Source: Promethearchaeota archaeon (lineage in GTDB: Archaea > Asgardarchaeota > Lokiarchaeia > Sigyniarchaeales > SOKP01). From it: a stretch of 16,860 nucleotides of DNA. Of the stretch, positions 13,453 through 16,860 are shown in pieces; positions within the stretch are counted from its first letter, which is position 1; each line of letters begins with the position of its first letter. Under the pieces are notes generated by a model. It was not told the origin of the DNA. It saw only the letters and a list, made by a program, of their open reading frames with translations, and searched no databases. The stretch is from NCBI GenBank assembly GCA_048938895.1, contig JBHLLU010000072.1, positions 1-16,860 on the forward strand. The letters are read 5' to 3'. The translations under genes and the position numbers were made by a program.

Positions 13453-14394
13453 ATGGAAGTACAAATAGGAAAAATGATATTGTATGGGATTCTTTCTGCA
13501 GTATTTTACCTTGTGGTCCCATTAGTATTATTTGAAATTCTTCAAGCCTATGATATTATGACATTCAGTGCTACTTATAAAACTGCGATTATAATATTTG
13601 GAATAATAGGTGTTGCGTTTTCAATGGCAAGACATCTATTTCCAAAGAATACTCCGGCAAATAAATTAGTTGCTTTTGGGGCTGTAGTGTACTCAGGCAT
13701 TTATCTGTTCTATATGTTTGGTGGATTTACTCCAGGTGTATCTCTAGGGACTTATCGAATAGACATCCCTGGTTTATTACAGGTTTTATTAGGATTGCAA
13801 TTAATTGCGTGGTTATTATTAGCGTCCTCCGGAATTAGAGCTCTACAATATTTAATAGAGGCCCTAGAGCTTCGCGGGGAAAAAGAATACTCCGTAACTG
13901 TAAGAAAAAAGTTTAAACTTAGCATGCTATTTAAAATCCTTGGGATAATAATGAGTTTAGGTATTGCAGGATACTTTGGTTCACTGGTTTATAGTGGTAT
14001 GAATCTCGATTTTAATTTGGGCACTTTTTCTCCCGGAATTGATACTCAAGGAACCCCAAGTCCGGCTGATGATACTTTAACAAATGTAACGATATCATTT
14101 GATGTGGACAATCAAGGATTATATGCTATTTATGACATTAAGATAGATTTTTATCTATATAATATATCAGCTGTCCCTGCAGTTAAAATTGGTGAGAGTT
14201 TAAATAATGATTTTGGTACATTTCACTCCTTTAGTTCACAACTTAATAATGAGGTCACTGTAGATATAGTCCCAGCTATTTTGTTTGCAAATGCTTCAAC
14301 TACAGATGTGGAATTTAAAATAAATTTTTCAACATTGTACGCTGGAATTTTTGTGGATTTGAATATTTCCTTTGAATTTAACCTAATTCCTTAA
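13453..14394 (+). CDS. Hypothetical membrane protein (about 5 TM helices plus C-terminal beta-sandwich-like domain)
   Basis: Four hydrophobic segments at aa ~8-135, a charged linker, a fifth TM at aa ~156-180, then alternating beta-strand patterns (NVTISFDVDNQGLYAIYDIKIDFYLY; VEFKINFSTLYAG) with N-x-S/T sequons, reminiscent of LEA_2/Ig-like folds. Confidence 0.8.
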   Translation: MEVQIGKMILYGILSAVFYLVVPLVLFEILQAYDIMTFSATYKTAIIIFGIIGVAFSMARHLFPKNTPANKLVAFGAVVYSGIYLFYMFGGFTPGVSLGTYRIDIPGLLQVLLGLQLIAWLLLASSGIRALQYLIEALELRGEKEYSVTVRKKFKLSMLFKILGIIMSLGIAGYFGSLVYSGMNLDFNLGTFSPGIDTQGTPSPADDTLTNVTISFDVDNQGLYAIYDIKIDFYLYNISAVPAVKIGESLNNDFGTFHSFSSQLNNEVTVDIVPAILFANASTTDVEFKINFSTLYAGIFVDLNISFEFNLIP

Positions 14395-14420
14395 ATCGTA
14401 ATTTAACTATTTTCCTTATC

Positions 14421-14428
14421 TTTTTTTT
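14421..14428 (+). terminator. Putative oligo(T) terminator
   Basis: T8 within a pyrimidine-rich run about 27 nt after the stop at 14394. Confidence 0.45.
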
Positions 14429-14530
14429 CTTAATATTAAAATTAGTCTCTCTTTAATAATTTAAAATATCACCAAGGGGTTGTTTTTTAATATAAGTGAG
14501 TAGTTTAGTATTGCTAGTGATCAAAAAAAT

Positions 14531-16860
14531 TTGAAAGTTAATCAGGAGCAAAAGGAATTCCACATTTCTATAAAAGATGTTGTATTTGCCTCATCTGAAC
14601 GAAGATCTTACACATCTGCGATCCCCTTGCGCATGCGTGGATTAAAAGGAACAAAGCTTCATCAAAAATTTCAAGAAAGTCGAAAATCAAATCAAAAAGG
14701 ATTTCAACGAGAAGTTTTGGTACAGTATCAGATAAATATCCAAGGTTGGACTTTTATTATTTCTGGACGAGTAGATATCATTTACGAAAAAGATGGGATA
14801 TTGATTATTGAAGAAATAAAGTCAATAATAAACCTAGAGGAGTTTTCTCTTGAATCTCAAGCAGCAGAAGAGTATTGTTTACAATTGTTATTATATGTAC
14901 ATCATTTTATCCAATTTGAGAAACCTATTAAGAGCCGCCTTGTATTAATTGATATTTATACTGAAGAAATAAAAATTATTGAAGTTCCCCATAAAGATCT
15001 TTCAGATTATATAAAACAACAATGTGAACTTATTTTAACCACATGGGAAGATGAACAAAGATTAAAAGCTGAACAACGTAATCGTGTGAAAACTCTTGTA
15101 TTTCCTTTTGAGGATTATCGTCCATATCAGAAAGAGATTATCCAAAAAACCGCAAAATGCATCCAAAATCGAGATCGCTTAATGCTTTTAGCTCCTTCTG
15201 GTTTAGGAAAGACTATTGGAACTCTTTTTCCTGCTCTAAAATTTGCGTTAAAGGAAAACCTACGTGTGTTTGTAGTAACGTCAAAGACTACTCAACAGCA
15301 TATCTATCGACAGACATTACAATTTTTTACTACTAAAAAAGCGAAGTTTAATTCGATTATTCTCACTGCTAAAGAAAAAATGTGCGTAAATGATTTCTTT
15401 ATTTGCGAAAAATCGTTATGTCCCTACCTTAAAAACTATGAAAATGTCCCATTGGACAAAATCGTCTCTGAGATGCTTACAAAACAAGTCATTGATGCTC
15501 GGTACATAAGAAAAACAGCAAAAGCTCATATAGTATGTCCATTTGAAATTTCTCTTGATTGTGCTCTTTACTGTGATCTAATTGTAGGAGATTATAATTA
15601 TGTATTTCATCCTTACATCAAATTAAAACGGTTTTTTGACCAACCTTATGATGATATCATATTGATTGTTGATGAAGCGCATAATTTACCTTTCCGAGCT
15701 ATGACGTATTATTCTCCAGAAATTACCTTACAATCTGTAAAAAATCTTAACAATTATTTACATTCACTTCACATAGCGCCATCCATTGAGAAAAAAGGTA
15801 TTGTTTTATCTGAACAAATTGCTCAGTATATTATGGAATTGAAATCTCAATTCACTGATTTTGATGGAAAAAAGCCTATTCTCGTGAAAATTGATAAAAA
15901 ATTCTTTCGGAGGGTGTTGAAGGAATTTGAAGAATTTCTTTTTTCTTTTATCGAAGCCTATTCTTTTCAAAAAGGAATTCAACCAAGAGGGAAAGATAAA
16001 GTCATAGAATTTACCCTAAATTTACGTCATTTCACAAATATTTTGAAAGAAAGTGATGATCCTGAGTTTAGTGAGTTACTATATAGTAAAGAGGGAAAAA
16101 TCAAAATATTGTGCAAATCTGCTGCACCAAAACTTGAAAAACAAATAGCAGGTTTCCATTCGGTTATTATGCAATCTGCTACCTTATTTCCACCTGACTA
16201 TTTCCAAAAAATGTTAGGACTTCCCCCATCAACACAAAAATTTCAATTTGATTCTCCTTTCCCTCAACAAAATCGATTATACTTACTTATCCCTAATCTC
16301 TCGACTCGATATGAGGATCGACAGGAATCTTATGATCAAATTGCTAGGATAATTTGTAATACAATTAAGATTAGAAAAGGTAATTATTTATCTTTTTTTC
16401 CTTCATTTGCGTATCTTAGGGCTGTACAACGTGAAATTGAAGATCTTTCATTCCCAGCTGAACTTATAGTACAAGAACGTAAAATGAGCGAAAGTAAACG
16501 GAGAAATATTTTAAAAAAGTTAAAGTCTGCTGATGGAAATTATCTACTCTTAGCAGTGCATGGAGGAATCTTTAGTGAAGGTGTGGATTTTATTGGAGAT
16601 ATGGCTATTGGTGCATTTATTATTGGTCCCGGGCTCCCTTCATATTCAAAAGAACAGGATTTAATGCAGAAATATTTTGAATTAAAATGGAAGAGAGGAT
16701 TTGAGTATGCTTACCGAAATCCTGGGATGATGAGAGTTATTCAAGCTGCGGGACGTATTTTCAGGACATCTACTGATCGAGGATTTGTCATGTTAATTGG
16801 CCATCGATTTAATACGCAGTATTATAATAGTGTTCTTCCAAGAGATTGGAAAATTGAATA
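14531..16860 (+). CDS. PD-(D/E)XK (Cas4/RecB-like) nuclease fused to DinG/XPD (Rad3)-family Fe-S DNA helicase; 3' end at window edge
   Basis: Not in the ORF track. I translated it by hand from TTG 14531 (upstream in-frame TAG at 14501) and found no stop to the window end. Nuclease motifs: GTKLHQKFQ, REV, SGRVDII (14762), IEEIKS (~14807), QLLLY (14882). Helicase motifs: Q motif FPFEDYRPYQ, Walker A APSGLGKT (15191), Fe-S Cys at 15383/15404/15419/15536 (CPFE), GDYNYVF, DEAH (15671), QSATL, FFPSF, GGIFSEGVDF, QAAGRIFR. It ends ...LPRDWKIE, so it is almost complete. Confidence 0.93.
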   Translation, partial: MKVNQEQKEFHISIKDVVFASSERRSYTSAIPLRMRGLKGTKLHQKFQESRKSNQKGFQREVLVQYQINIQGWTFIISGRVDIIYEKDGILIIEEIKSIINLEEFSLESQAAEEYCLQLLLYVHHFIQFEKPIKSRLVLIDIYTEEIKIIEVPHKDLSDYIKQQCELILTTWEDEQRLKAEQRNRVKTLVFPFEDYRPYQKEIIQKTAKCIQNRDRLMLLAPSGLGKTIGTLFPALKFALKENLRVFVVTSKTTQQHIYRQTLQFFTTKKAKFNSIILTAKEKMCVNDFFICEKSLCPYLKNYENVPLDKIVSEMLTKQVIDARYIRKTAKAHIVCPFEISLDCALYCDLIVGDYNYVFHPYIKLKRFFDQPYDDIILIVDEAHNLPFRAMTYYSPEITLQSVKNLNNYLHSLHIAPSIEKKGIVLSEQIAQYIMELKSQFTDFDGKKPILVKIDKKFFRRVLKEFEEFLFSFIEAYSFQKGIQPRGKDKVIEFTLNLRHFTNILKESDDPEFSELLYSKEGKIKILCKSAAPKLEKQIAGFHSVIMQSATLFPPDYFQKMLGLPPSTQKFQFDSPFPQQNRLYLLIPNLSTRYEDRQESYDQIARIICNTIKIRKGNYLSFFPSFAYLRAVQREIEDLSFPAELIVQERKMSESKRRNILKKLKSADGNYLLLAVHGGIFSEGVDFIGDMAIGAFIIGPGLPSYSKEQDLMQKYFELKWKRGFEYAYRNPGMMRVIQAAGRIFRTSTDRGFVMLIGHRFNTQYYNSVLPRDWKIE

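Noticed and set aside
14531-15060. Cas4-like domain plus DinG as a sign of a (type IV) CRISPR-Cas locus
   Set aside because: There is no repeat-spacer array and no other cas genes in the window, and the nuclease lacks the Cas4 Fe-S cysteines.
1-16860. Eukaryotic origin or contamination suggested by Rab, Arf and BAR genes
   Set aside because: The genes are intronless and densely packed with Shine-Dalgarno motifs, next to F420-related, PAS/GAF kinase and CTERM-anchored genes, which fits an Asgard archaeon.

Overview
AT-rich prokaryotic window (roughly 30% GC by eye, not computed) that reads as an Asgard archaeon, most likely Lokiarchaeia. The assignment is inferred from Rab-like and Arf-like small GTPases, longin/uDENN-like domains, a BAR-like protein, a Loki-CTERM-like tail, AGGTGA ribosome-binding sites and oligo-T terminators. 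It holds about 15 protein-coding genes, and I saw no rRNA, tRNA, CRISPR array or mobile element. Two genes are missing from the ORF track because they run off the window edges: a PhlG/DAPG-hydrolase-family gene (<1..387) and a PD-(D/E)XK nuclease-DinG/XPD Fe-S helicase fusion (14531..>16860). The most striking locus is a divergent gene pair. One gene encodes a FAM92/CIBAR-like BAR protein with an N-terminal amphipathic helix (449..1096, -). The other encodes a 1123-aa chimera (1364..4735, +): longin/uDENN-like, Arf-like GTPase, longin/uDENN-like, PAS, PAS, GAF, then a histidine-kinase core whose H, N, G1 and G2 boxes are all degenerate. This suggests a two-component-type sensor rewired to a eukaryote-type GTPase output, possibly linked to membrane remodelling. 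Secondary observations are probable ATC/ATT start codons, a likely 1-nt frameshift and two operator-like inverted repeats.
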